Virus record (IMG/VR): IMGVR_UViG_3300020596_000022
Source: an uncultured virus (IMG/VR IMGVR_UViG_3300020596_000022)
Taxonomy: Duplodnaviria > Heunggongvirae > Uroviricota > Caudoviricetes
Reading direction: 5' to 3' (one strand)
Length of the DNA stretch: 64,000 bases
Under the pieces are notes generated by a model, which had not been told where the DNA came from, did not search any database, and saw only the letters and a program-made list of their open reading frames with translations. The number at the start of each line of letters is the position of its first letter. Position 1 is the stretch's first letter. Made by a program: the position numbers and the translations under genes. Positions 8,455 through 17,384 of this stretch are shown piece by piece.

Positions 8455-8691
8455 CTAATAAGGAAGATCGTCTCTGGCACTTATATCCTTTTTATATTTT
8501 TCTACCCTTTTATGTATCTCATCATTAGTAAGCTTACTAATATCTTCACCTTTAAGTTCTGCAAGCTTAATAATTTTATCATAAATTGGAAGATCTCTTG
8601 CTGCCTGAGATAGTGCCATTCTAGCTTCAGCTTTACCTATAATTCTACCAATAGTAAAAACAAGAAAAAATAACAGAATATCAACTAGCAT
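8455..8691 (-). CDS. small membrane protein
   Basis: N-terminal hydrophobic helix. Confidence 0.55.
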   Translation of the reverse strand: MLVDILLFFLVFTIGRIIGKAEARMALSQAARDLPIYDKIIKLAELKGEDISKLTNDEIHKRVEKYKKDISARDDLPY

Positions 8692-10033
8692 TTACTACTC
8701 CTATCAATTCATCGCCAGCAACAATAGTAATTGGAGATTGTTTGTAAAATTCTAACAAAGAAGTTAAAAGCTTTTTATCTTCACCTTGTTTTTCTGAAAG
8801 AAGTTTATCAAGTGTGTTCAATAACTCACCATATGTTATGTGAAAAGATTTAGGATCATTTTGTGTTATATCCATCTTATTAACTTTCATCTTACCACCA
8901 TAGCGGTATAGTGCGTATTTCTTAACCATATCAAAGGTTTCTGATAATGGTTTTTGGTTCATCAAATATCTCAAGTATAGCTTGCTACCATACTTAGAAT
9001 TTAACTGCTTAAGTCCATCAGTGTTGCCAGACCAAATAGCATCAGATAGTGCTCCGTTCTCATTAAACTTCATCATATAAATGAATTGCTCAATGTCGCA
9101 GTTTCTTTCTGGAAAGAAATTCTTCAAGTTAAACATAGAAAGATCTTCTCTCGCTTCTGCGGCTAGAGATAGTGTTGCTTCATCTTTAATTTCTTTATCA
9201 ACAAAGAATGTACTATAAGCTTTAGAGTACCAAGAAATACTATCGGCACCTTTACCTTCTTTCCACGCATCAATATCTATCCAGAGCGAATATGCTTTAT
9301 CAACATCTAAGCAAACTAATCTTGCTGAAGTTTTATTGTTAGCATATTCATCTTGATGATACTTAGCATCTTTCTCTGGAAAGACTTTTATAACAACTTT
9401 CTTTCCGTCTTCAAATTTCTTCGCTTCATATTCTGACCACGACCTAACATCAATACCATAGTTATTAGAAAAGTGTTTTGCTAGTTCAATAGTGATTAAC
9501 ACGTCATCTAAACTTTCGTGTGTCTGCTTACCTTGCATTATATTTTCTAATTGGCAAAGTCTTTCAAGCTTCAAGGACTTATTTACTCCAAGCATAGCAT
9601 CAAAAGAAGGATTTACTGCTGCTAACTTCTGTGCAACGTGAAGTACATCTCCATATCTTAACTGAGGATGATACGGATTGATTCCGTTTCTTATCATAGA
9701 AGTTCTAAGAAAAGGAACGTCAAATCTAACAGAGTTAAAACCAATCAGCTTAACTGGATCTTTTTCTTTCTCAATAACATCATCCAACCAATGACGAATT
9801 TTTAACATCGCATTAGGCTCTGTATCTTCTGCTGTCTCTTGGTGTTTAATCAAATCAACCCGATTAGCAAGAATAGCATACGGAGATGGTAACTGAAGCG
9901 GAGATACTTTAATCGTACCGTGAAGAGTATCTGTGATCTTCCAGCTACTATCTACAGCAACAAAAGCGTAGTTTAATATCTGCCCAACAAAATTGAGGTC
10001 TGTAGTTTCTAAATCAAAAAATATTGTTTTCAT
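8681..10033 (-). CDS. DEDDh 3'-5' exonuclease (exonuclease I/SbcB-like)
   Basis: FFDLETT, GFNS.RFD.PFLR, SLKLE.L, HESLDDV..T. Confidence 0.8.
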   Translation of the reverse strand: MKTIFFDLETTDLNFVGQILNYAFVAVDSSWKITDTLHGTIKVSPLQLPSPYAILANRVDLIKHQETAEDTEPNAMLKIRHWLDDVIEKEKDPVKLIGFNSVRFDVPFLRTSMIRNGINPYHPQLRYGDVLHVAQKLAAVNPSFDAMLGVNKSLKLERLCQLENIMQGKQTHESLDDVLITIELAKHFSNNYGIDVRSWSEYEAKKFEDGKKVVIKVFPEKDAKYHQDEYANNKTSARLVCLDVDKAYSLWIDIDAWKEGKGADSISWYSKAYSTFFVDKEIKDEATLSLAAEAREDLSMFNLKNFFPERNCDIEQFIYMMKFNENGALSDAIWSGNTDGLKQLNSKYGSKLYLRYLMNQKPLSETFDMVKKYALYRYGGKMKVNKMDITQNDPKSFHITYGELLNTLDKLLSEKQGEDKKLLTSLLEFYKQSPITIVAGDELIGVVNAS

Positions 10034-11154
10034 ATGACTTTAATTAGTATTGTATCTTTATTGATTCTTCCAGTCAACTTCTTTTCCTTTGCTCGCACTG
10101 TTGGAAGTATCTTACGTAAAGCTACTTTACCTGCTTCTAGGACTTTCGGAATAACCTCTTCAGGTTTTCGCAACTTCTTAGCTGAAGATTCTTTTTCATC
10201 AAAGTTCAAGATTGTACAACCTTTAATTTGAAAGCCGTGTGGATTAGAACACACATAAACTCCAAGTGTTCTATACTTTACGTTATATACCCATAACTGT
10301 TCGGCACCAATAACTTTGATTGGATCTATACTCTTAAACTCACCACTCTCTTTTAAGTATTTTAATTTTGCAATCTGTTTGATTGCTGGTTTCGTCTTTT
10401 TAATTCTAGGTTTTCTTCCAAGAGAAGATAGCTGTTTAGAAATATCGTACCACTTGTCGGCACCTTCTATAATAGTTTCAATAAAACCAATTATTTTCTT
10501 TAAGCCAGATTTACCTAAAAATTCATAAGCTTCAACTAACTGGTCATCTTTACCTGATTGTGCCAGTTTAAGTTCAGCTAAATTATGATTTTTATAATGC
10601 TCACTGAGATTTTTAATCTGTAATGGTTTGATCTGTTTCTCTTTGAACCATTCAAATGGAACTATTTTTGATTCAAATTTATTTTCAAAAAAATCATCTA
10701 TCCAACCTTCAACTTCGGACATATATTCTGATAGTTGTTCTTGTAATCTATCTTGAATGTTTGGTAATTCTTTTTTAACTTCTACAACCTCTGGAACTTC
10801 TGGTACAATTCCAGCTATTAATGTTGCATATTTTTCATCTAGCTTTTTAACTAGCTCTTCAGGTCTAGGCTCAGTTAATGCTACAATTCTAGCTAACCAT
10901 CCGTGTGTGCCAATCTCCCACGGTTTAAGTTTTTCTAAATGCTTAATCTCTAATGCGGGCTTGTTTTCTCTTTTGAAATATTGAACAAAATATTTTTGAC
11001 CATCGGTAGAATCTTTATTTTGACTGTACCAATTAAGCAGAGAACCTATTTGGGAAATATCCTTCTTCAGGTCCCAAACTGGTTCTCCGCCCATAGCTTC
11101 TAAGATCGCGTGATTGCGTCTTGCTTTACGTTCAACAGAGGTTACGCCAGACAT
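10030..11154 (-). CDS. conserved hypothetical protein of T4-like phages
   Basis: C-terminal SIDP..VIGA.QLWVYN.KYR.LG.Y...KG.T..NFD...LRKPEE. Confidence 0.75.
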   Translation of the reverse strand: MSGVTSVERKARRNHAILEAMGGEPVWDLKKDISQIGSLLNWYSQNKDSTDGQKYFVQYFKRENKPALEIKHLEKLKPWEIGTHGWLARIVALTEPRPEELVKKLDEKYATLIAGIVPEVPEVVEVKKELPNIQDRLQEQLSEYMSEVEGWIDDFFENKFESKIVPFEWFKEKQIKPLQIKNLSEHYKNHNLAELKLAQSGKDDQLVEAYEFLGKSGLKKIIGFIETIIEGADKWYDISKQLSSLGRKPRIKKTKPAIKQIAKLKYLKESGEFKSIDPIKVIGAEQLWVYNVKYRTLGVYVCSNPHGFQIKGCTILNFDEKESSAKKLRKPEEVIPKVLEAGKVALRKILPTVRAKEKKLTGRINKDTILIKVI

Positions 11155-11414
11155 TATACGATCTCAAATGATTTAACCGAATCAATTCTAAATGCTCGCC
11201 AGTCTTTCTTATCAAGATCAAACACTCTAACTGAAGTTGGAGGTAAAGTAGCTTCAACTCGTCTCTGTTCTGATTTTGAATGAAACTCTTTTTGTTCTGG
11301 AAGCAAATCAACCTTCAACGTACAATTCATAGTGCGTTCTGTTCCATCAACTTTGGTAAACACAACCTTACAAACATTCTCCAAAAGCTTTTCTTGAATT
11401 TCTTTTAATTCCAT
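11154..11414 (-). CDS. WYL-like/SH3-fold protein (DUF2693-like)
   Basis: VVFTKVDGTERTM.CTL...VFD.DK..WR.FR.D. Confidence 0.7.
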   Translation of the reverse strand: MELKEIQEKLLENVCKVVFTKVDGTERTMNCTLKVDLLPEQKEFHSKSEQRRVEATLPPTSVRVFDLDKKDWRAFRIDSVKSFEIV

Positions 11415-11447
11415 ACATTACTCATTATTAAAGTTCATTATAATAGT

Positions 11448-11518
11448 ATAATAACACTATAACAAGCGGATGTAAAGCAAAAATTTATGTTTTATAGTTG
11501 TGTGATATCAGTAGGTTA
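11448..11518 (-). promoter_or_regulatory. sigma70-type early promoter with upstream IHF-like site
   Basis: TTTACA-17-TATTAT; TATCAG-TAGG-TTA at 11506-11518. Confidence 0.5.
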
Positions 11519-11541
11519 AAGACACACAAATCAATAGGATG

Positions 11542-12159
11542 CTACTTTTTCTTCTTAGCTATAGTCTGCTTCACTTTTGGTTCATCCTTTTGATCTATTT
11601 TATAGAAGTGATTATATCCAAATTTACAAATGTAGTATGCATCTACGATATCTGATATAGGACTATCTCCTGGATTAACTCCAAAATGAACATCTAATTT
11701 TATAGCAGTCTCTTTTACGAAAGCTTCATGCATCATAACTTTATCAGCATTACCTTTTCCTGCGGCGAACTTTTTAATAGTGCCTGGAGTAAATGCTGTA
11801 TATGATTGTGGAGAATAACCTTTGCGTTCCCAAATTTTCTTCTTAAGTGCTCCAGTGTTTTCGCCAATGTTAAACACTTGTCCTTTGGCACCAAAGGCAT
11901 ACCCTTCAATATAGACTTCTGCTTCTGGATCTATTTTGTGAACTGCCCAGGCTGCAAGGTTATCAAACCTCTGTTCTTGACAAAGATAATCTTCGTGAGA
12001 AAAACCAAAAAAGAATTTATCTGAAACTATGCATCGTTTTCTATCTGTGACAAAATAGAAACGACAATTAGAAAAGGAGAATGGTTCTCCCCATCCAGCT
12101 CTGTGAACACAGATAGCTGGACTTGTCATACTGTAATCTATGCCAACAATTATTTTCAT
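11542..12159 (-). CDS. RuvC-like (RNase H fold) resolvase/nuclease
   Basis: GIDYS.TSPA.C, IEGYA, P..IKKFA.GKGNA.K..M, DI.DAY. Confidence 0.75.
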   Translation of the reverse strand: MKIIVGIDYSMTSPAICVHRAGWGEPFSFSNCRFYFVTDRKRCIVSDKFFFGFSHEDYLCQEQRFDNLAAWAVHKIDPEAEVYIEGYAFGAKGQVFNIGENTGALKKKIWERKGYSPQSYTAFTPGTIKKFAAGKGNADKVMMHEAFVKETAIKLDVHFGVNPGDSPISDIVDAYYICKFGYNHFYKIDQKDEPKVKQTIAKKKK

Positions 12160-12161
12160 TA

Positions 12162-12395
12162 TTACTCATCTTCATCATCCCTGATATCCTCGTCTTCATC
12201 ATAGAAACGGGCTTCGCTAAATTCATCAAGGTCTTCAAAACTATTTAGTAGTGGTCTATCGTCGCCGTCCGGAACTGTTACGCTCTCTCCACAGAAAGGA
12301 CAACACTGAATATGCACCGCGTTTTTATTAAAATGGATTGTGCAGGTTTCTTCACAGTGATCACATTCTATTTTTACTTTTTTTTGTTTTGGCAT
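12162..12395 (-). CDS. small zinc-ribbon protein with acidic tail
   Basis: CDHC...CPFCG. Confidence 0.65.
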   Translation of the reverse strand: MPKQKKVKIECDHCEETCTIHFNKNAVHIQCCPFCGESVTVPDGDDRPLLNSFEDLDEFSEARFYDEDEDIRDDEDE

Positions 12396-12432
12396 TAATA
12401 TCCTGTTTGTATAACACGCTCTTATATAGCAT

Positions 12433-13095
12433 TTATAATATTTCGCAATTACCGGCAACGCACGCCAATTCCTGTGAACTGGTAGTATTATCTATGGATT
12501 CAAATTCTTTAAGTTTGGACCAATCTACGTTTTGTGGCATTTTATTTACGAGCGCCTGATATTCTTCTTTGGAGCAATCTTGATATGGCGCTTGTTTATA
12601 AACGTGATCACTAAATGGCAAAAATGAAATTCCAGATATGTCATCAAAATGTTTATAAACATATGCGGCAACGTCAAACCATTCGCTATCTTTTACTGAT
12701 ACGGTAATTGATACGGTATGCTCGGCCCAGAATTTTTTATAAAATAACCACAACTCTAAATGTTGAATTGCGTTTAAATCGTATCTGAATATTGAATTAT
12801 CGGGTGCCTTAACCGGAAAAGAAAATATAACAGTGTGTTCAGGTTTTGTTACGTCTGGCTCATTAGGAAAACCCATTTCTTTCATCAGTTTGCATAATGG
12901 ATCTTTTATATCAGATCTAACGGTGCGAATGTAATATGGAGAATGTCTTGCATGAATCCCAGATGCGCTGTCCGCCAATTGTGAAACTGTGTTATGAGAG
13001 ACGCATCCATTTTCTAACTGATACGAATGTGTGTTCGCCACCTCAACATCTCCCGTTAATTCTATGCCAGCAATTTTTATTGATTTTATTTTCAT
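12433..13095 (-). CDS. nrdJ: class II ribonucleotide reductase C-terminal fragment, preceded by split-intein IntC
   Basis: ...SHN|TVSQL.DSASGIH.R...YYIR.VR, W.EH..S.T, SG.SFLP, YKQAPYQ, C-terminal CVAGNCE. Confidence 0.92.
   Translation of the reverse strand: MKIKSIKIAGIELTGDVEVANTHSYQLENGCVSHNTVSQLADSASGIHARHSPYYIRTVRSDIKDPLCKLMKEMGFPNEPDVTKPEHTVIFSFPVKAPDNSIFRYDLNAIQHLELWLFYKKFWAEHTVSITVSVKDSEWFDVAAYVYKHFDDISGISFLPFSDHVYKQAPYQDCSKEEYQALVNKMPQNVDWSKLKEFESIDNTTSSQELACVAGNCEIL
12991..13095 (-). mobile_element. split intein C-half (35 aa, +1 Thr)
   Basis: MKIKSIK...TGDVEVANTHSYQLENGCVSHN (blocks F/G); own AGGGG SD. Confidence 0.9.
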
Positions 13096-13160
13096 ATTCT
13101 ACCCCTACGGAATTGTTTGTTTTTTTCTAAAAATTCTTCAAAACTTTCTATTTTCTGCAT
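13092..13160 (-). pseudogene. 22-aa mini-ORF between the split-intein halves (possible homing endonuclease remnant)
   Basis: MQKIESFEEFLEKNKQFRRGRI*; its TGA overlaps the IntC ATG (ATGA). Confidence 0.4.
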
Positions 13161-13173
13161 TTTTGGTGTGTAT

Positions 13174-15807
13174 TTAAAAAGAAACTATATCATCTTCTGG
13201 TTTTAATTCGTCAACTCTGACATAACCACGATCTTTTGTTAAAAGTTTATGGTTTGACGTGAATTTTGCCGTGGTGCCATCTTCAAACTCAATTTCATGC
13301 ACCAAAGCCTCTCCGTTGATGAAAAGTTTTGTAACCTTCTGCGATTCGTTATTTTCATCAAATACCGATAAGTCTATATTTACGGGATGCCATGTGTCGG
13401 CAAATGTAGTTTTAACTTTACATAGATCCAAAATTTCCTCGAAGGAAAGAACACCCAAATTGGTTTTAATTTTATTCGACAAACTTTGACATCCACTAGG
13501 CTTCACGCAAGTAATTGCCACAGATTGTGGAATGCCCAATTTTGTGGCCCATTTTTTATTTACTTTAATTGCGTGATCTTTTAATTCTTCTAAAAACGTT
13601 TGTAATTCTGGACTTGGAGTAGATAAAAATTCATTATCTAATATGCCAGTTAAAGAAACGCCAAGTAATCTTTCTTCTTCTGCATTTTTTTCCCAATCTT
13701 TAGTAAGATATCGGAACTTAGTTAGCGTTGATTGAAACGTTCCTAATATTGTTGCCAACTCAACTTTTTTTAATAAACTTTCTTTTGTGTCATCTGCTCT
13801 TACTACTACTTCAGATAAGTTACAAAAGCCTCGATTACGCAAGAGTATCTCGGCACACTGCCCTGTTACTATACCCTCAAAGGTCCCTGTATTATTTTTT
13901 GGCTCCGTAAAGCAAAAAGTTTCTTGTTTTTTGTCTAAGTTTTTCACAGCAACCACGGTAATAAAACGTCGCGCATCTCTTTGTGGTTTAATTTTATCAA
14001 ATACTAATCTTTCCGTTTTTAACCCCAACGAGATTAATTTTGCCGTGTCGGCGTTACCAACTAATATGCGGTATTGTTTTTTGCAAACATACGTGCCTGT
14101 AGCGATAGTATAAGTGCCTTCTTCTCTACCATCGACAATTTTAGCTTTTACTGATAATCTCGACAGCATTAATTTTGTATCTTTAAGAAACTCAAGGTCG
14201 ACCGAACAAATCTGTATACCGGAACTGTTAATATCTCTCGTCACAGTACCATCAGAATCACACAAACCAGCAAACCAATTTAGACAATATACCAAAGACG
14301 AATTTAACGGAACAAACGTTTTTGGCAACATCGCCCCATGCACCCATCGTTTTCTATTAGATTCAAGTTTTCCAAAATTGCCTTTTAGGCGGGGTTCGCA
14401 TGAATATTTTGTTTCATATAGATATGAGGATGTATTATCACTACACCCATCACCAGAATAAAATCCTTGCGAGTAAGCATCGATTGTCGGATCTATTGCA
14501 TCAGACAACTTGACGGCGGGCATATTATATTTAAATAGTCGGTCGTTAAGTTTTAGATCTTTTGCTTCGACCCTTTTTTCCTTCCTTTTGACTATCTTGC
14601 TTTTTGTTCTCCCATCATCTAAAACAAATTTGTGATACGGAGTACATTTTAAATTACTACCATCTGAAAATGTTATTTCCATCAAGTCGTTGATGCCTGT
14701 GCTAAATGGCCTTACTACCGACCACTCAAGCCCATTCCAAATTTCCACTTCTTTACCGACCGTTTTGGCAATTTCAACATAGCCGTCTTTAGTTAATATT
14801 CTTGTGTCCCCCGGAACACACGGATTTGTTCCAGCAACTTTTAAAGGATCTCTTCTGCCTCCTGCTTCTGCTGATTTCTTCGCAGCAACAAGATTGAATA
14901 TTCCTCTCTCACCGCTACGAGATTCATAAAGAGATTTCCACTCATCCATGAAAACAGCAACATCAGGCTTTTCAGTATAACAAGCAGAATTATTAGCCAA
15001 AGCTCTTTGAACATTTTCAACCCACCATTGTCCTGATTTAGCATTTCTCATTCTATCATCTGATAGATTACTCAATGAGATAAGGGCAGAACGTCTCACG
15101 CCGCCCACCACGATAACCTCCGCGATCTTGCATACAATATCGTGACATTCTATAGACTGCAACTTACGACCACTAGCACTACGAAAAACTCGTATACAGA
15201 AGTTAAATAGCTCTATTAGCGGCTGGGGACCACTAGCACGACCTCCAAAGGTCTTTAGGACCGCTCCTGCCGGTCTTACCTTGCTAGTGTCTATCTGTGG
15301 TATCTGACCCTGATATAACAACCCTAGAAGCTCTTTAAGAGCTTTAGCCCACCCTATTCTGCTATCTTGTACTACTATTGTGCTATCCGTCCCATAGAAC
15401 GATTCAGCAATTACAGGTAGTTGGCTAACATACTGTCTTTCAACGGAAAAACCTACTCCTGTTCCACAGCTTAAAATATAAAGTATTTCATCAAATGATC
15501 TTGGATTGTCTATTGCTATGAATGAACAATTATATCCGGCAGCTTCATCTCTCTTCAATGCTTCTCCTGCTGTCATTAGACACCGCATTGAAGGCATCAC
15601 TTTTAATTCCAAAATTGCTTTTTCTAATTCGCTACGATCAGATTTTTTTAATTCGTAACCTGTGCGTTCTTTAAGATGAACTTCAAAGAATGTAAAATAT
15701 CTTTTTACTGTTTCTTCCCATGTCTCTCTTCGCTTTTCTTCTGGCACCCATCTTGAATAGCGTGAAAGATGGATGAATTCCTGATACAAGGAGGGAAGAT
15801 TCTGCAT
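13174..15807 (-). CDS. nrdJ: class II ribonucleotide reductase N-terminal fragment, with a cis intein and split-intein IntN
   Basis: RRETW.ETV.R, PSMR, YNC, GTGVGFS, GGVRRSALI, GERGI, TNP|C.EI, ITCVKPSG|. Confidence 0.93.
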   Translation of the reverse strand: MQNLPSLYQEFIHLSRYSRWVPEEKRRETWEETVKRYFTFFEVHLKERTGYELKKSDRSELEKAILELKVMPSMRCLMTAGEALKRDEAAGYNCSFIAIDNPRSFDEILYILSCGTGVGFSVERQYVSQLPVIAESFYGTDSTIVVQDSRIGWAKALKELLGLLYQGQIPQIDTSKVRPAGAVLKTFGGRASGPQPLIELFNFCIRVFRSASGRKLQSIECHDIVCKIAEVIVVGGVRRSALISLSNLSDDRMRNAKSGQWWVENVQRALANNSACYTEKPDVAVFMDEWKSLYESRSGERGIFNLVAAKKSAEAGGRRDPLKVAGTNPCVPGDTRILTKDGYVEIAKTVGKEVEIWNGLEWSVVRPFSTGINDLMEITFSDGSNLKCTPYHKFVLDDGRTKSKIVKRKEKRVEAKDLKLNDRLFKYNMPAVKLSDAIDPTIDAYSQGFYSGDGCSDNTSSYLYETKYSCEPRLKGNFGKLESNRKRWVHGAMLPKTFVPLNSSLVYCLNWFAGLCDSDGTVTRDINSSGIQICSVDLEFLKDTKLMLSRLSVKAKIVDGREEGTYTIATGTYVCKKQYRILVGNADTAKLISLGLKTERLVFDKIKPQRDARRFITVVAVKNLDKKQETFCFTEPKNNTGTFEGIVTGQCAEILLRNRGFCNLSEVVVRADDTKESLLKKVELATILGTFQSTLTKFRYLTKDWEKNAEEERLLGVSLTGILDNEFLSTPSPELQTFLEELKDHAIKVNKKWATKLGIPQSVAITCVKPSGCQSLSNKIKTNLGVLSFEEILDLCKVKTTFADTWHPVNIDLSVFDENNESQKVTKLFINGEALVHEIEFEDGTTAKFTSNHKLLTKDRGYVRVDELKPEDDIVSF
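13177..13491 (-). mobile_element. split intein N-half (105 aa)
   Basis: KPSG|CQSLSNKIKT..G...FTSNHKLLT..G...V.ELK..D.I then stop. Confidence 0.88.
13858..14820 (-). mobile_element. cis intein with LAGLIDADG endonuclease (321 aa, Gln-terminated) at the RNR active-site Cys
   Basis: TNP|CVPGDTRILT...CTPYHKF...GFYSGDG...AGLCDSDG...GIVTGQ|CAEIL. Confidence 0.92.
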
Positions 15808-15860
15808 TTTGCACCTTAATAATTAACATAAAACTTCTTGTCTTGAAGAGTATAACAGAA

Positions 15861-15892
15861 AGAGGGACAGTAGTAAAGAACTCTGTCCCTCT
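15861..15892 (-). terminator. hairpin terminator overlapping the nrdJ promoter
   Basis: AGAGGGACAG-N12-CTGTCCCTCT-TTCTGTT; TTTACT-17-TATACT overlaps it. Confidence 0.55.
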
Positions 15893-15920
15893 TGAGTGAA
15901 TATTTATTTTTTCTTTGGGC

Positions 15921-17339
15921 CTAATCGTTACGAATTTTAGGATTACTTAAGCGGTAACAAATTTTTTTATTACCGTCTTTCAAAATAAGTGTTGAACGAT
16001 AGGGATATTTCAAAGGAGACACATCACTTCTCCATAATGGTCTACCTGAGCTATCGTGCCCATAAATTCCTGAGAATTTATATGAGTCTACTTTTTTATT
16101 TTTATATACTACTGTTGCGCTATCTACACCACGAAGATTACTAGGTAACAACAACGCACCACCACGATCAGAAAATTCTGATTGTTTTAATAAGAAACCT
16201 TTTTTCGCGCCGTCATTTGGCTTTCTAATCTCAGAGCAGCCAGCAAAGGCAGCTTCTTCTTCGTCGGTGTACTCAAAACTTTTTGGTTCAACTTCTCTCT
16301 GCGTATGAGCAGTTTTTATTTCTTTTGCTACCAATCTATTTACTGGACCTACTTTACACGGTCTTTTAGTTGGAGGTGCCCAAGGCGCAGTTACATTATC
16401 ATAAGCAAAACAATTATCTTCAACAGTCCACAAATAGATTACTTTGCATTGATTAGCATATTCTTGTATTTCATACTGTAAAGCATTACCAGAATTGACA
16501 TAATTTTTCGGTGATAGTGGATCTTTTTCATGTGCTAATGCTGATCCAGCTTTACGCTCTGGAAAATTAATATCAGAACCGTCATTGTTAAAAGTACACG
16601 AATGTGTTTTGAATGTTGGTTCCCAGCCATGTTGCTCTATAAGATCAGCACCACTATTTACAGGTGTATTAGCTTTTGCTATTGGATTCCAAATGATTTT
16701 ACAGAAAGGAAAAGCTTCTCTTGCCCATTCATTTAAAACTTTTGCGGCTCTGCTACTAACATTACTTTCAAGTCCAGGATTGATTAAACATTCTGTTTGT
16801 GGTTGAAGTCTTGAAACTAAAAGATCTTGAAGGGGCCCAACATACTTATCAAACTGTGCTTTAAGCTTTGGATTACGAGATTTTAATAGTTGATCAAATT
16901 TTTGTGGACTAGAAATATTATACAGAAACTCATGTTTTTCTAAACGTCTGTTTCTGTGTCCTGGCTCATTAATTAAATTAGTTTGAAGTGTTATTAATCT
17001 TGGATCATCTAAGATTTTATTCAGACAAGAATACTTAGTTCCGAAAGTATTAAAAAGCCATGAAATATGCACAAAATCTAAATCTTTTAATGAAGAAACA
17101 AAAGACTTACAATCAAATTTATTGGCAGCAATAGCAAATGGAGCGCGGCCAACGTTTACAAGTTTTCTTTCTCGTGTTTCTCTATATGCGACTCTGGTTG
17201 GATGATTAGGATCAAAAAATCCCGATTGACCTGGAGTTACCGTATCTGCGAATTGAAAAAAATTGTTTCGTGTAAGAATTCCACCCAACACAATAACAGA
17301 AAATATTAATCCAAATACAAAACTAATTTTTGATTTCAT
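15921..17339 (-). CDS. exported or membrane-anchored hypothetical protein
   Basis: N-terminal TM/signal segment; several Cys; no catalytic motif recognised. Confidence 0.75.
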   Translation of the reverse strand: MKSKISFVFGLIFSVIVLGGILTRNNFFQFADTVTPGQSGFFDPNHPTRVAYRETRERKLVNVGRAPFAIAANKFDCKSFVSSLKDLDFVHISWLFNTFGTKYSCLNKILDDPRLITLQTNLINEPGHRNRRLEKHEFLYNISSPQKFDQLLKSRNPKLKAQFDKYVGPLQDLLVSRLQPQTECLINPGLESNVSSRAAKVLNEWAREAFPFCKIIWNPIAKANTPVNSGADLIEQHGWEPTFKTHSCTFNNDGSDINFPERKAGSALAHEKDPLSPKNYVNSGNALQYEIQEYANQCKVIYLWTVEDNCFAYDNVTAPWAPPTKRPCKVGPVNRLVAKEIKTAHTQREVEPKSFEYTDEEEAAFAGCSEIRKPNDGAKKGFLLKQSEFSDRGGALLLPSNLRGVDSATVVYKNKKVDSYKFSGIYGHDSSGRPLWRSDVSPLKYPYRSTLILKDGNKKICYRLSNPKIRND

Positions 17340-17384
17340 TATGTTTCACTTACCCTTTTTATATTAGGTATAGACGACCTAATA

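Noticed and set aside
13096..13176. Stop-codon readthrough or an alternative genetic code joining the nrdJ halves
   Set aside because: TAA, TGA and two TAG all lie in frame, and all three stop codons end normal genes elsewhere in the window
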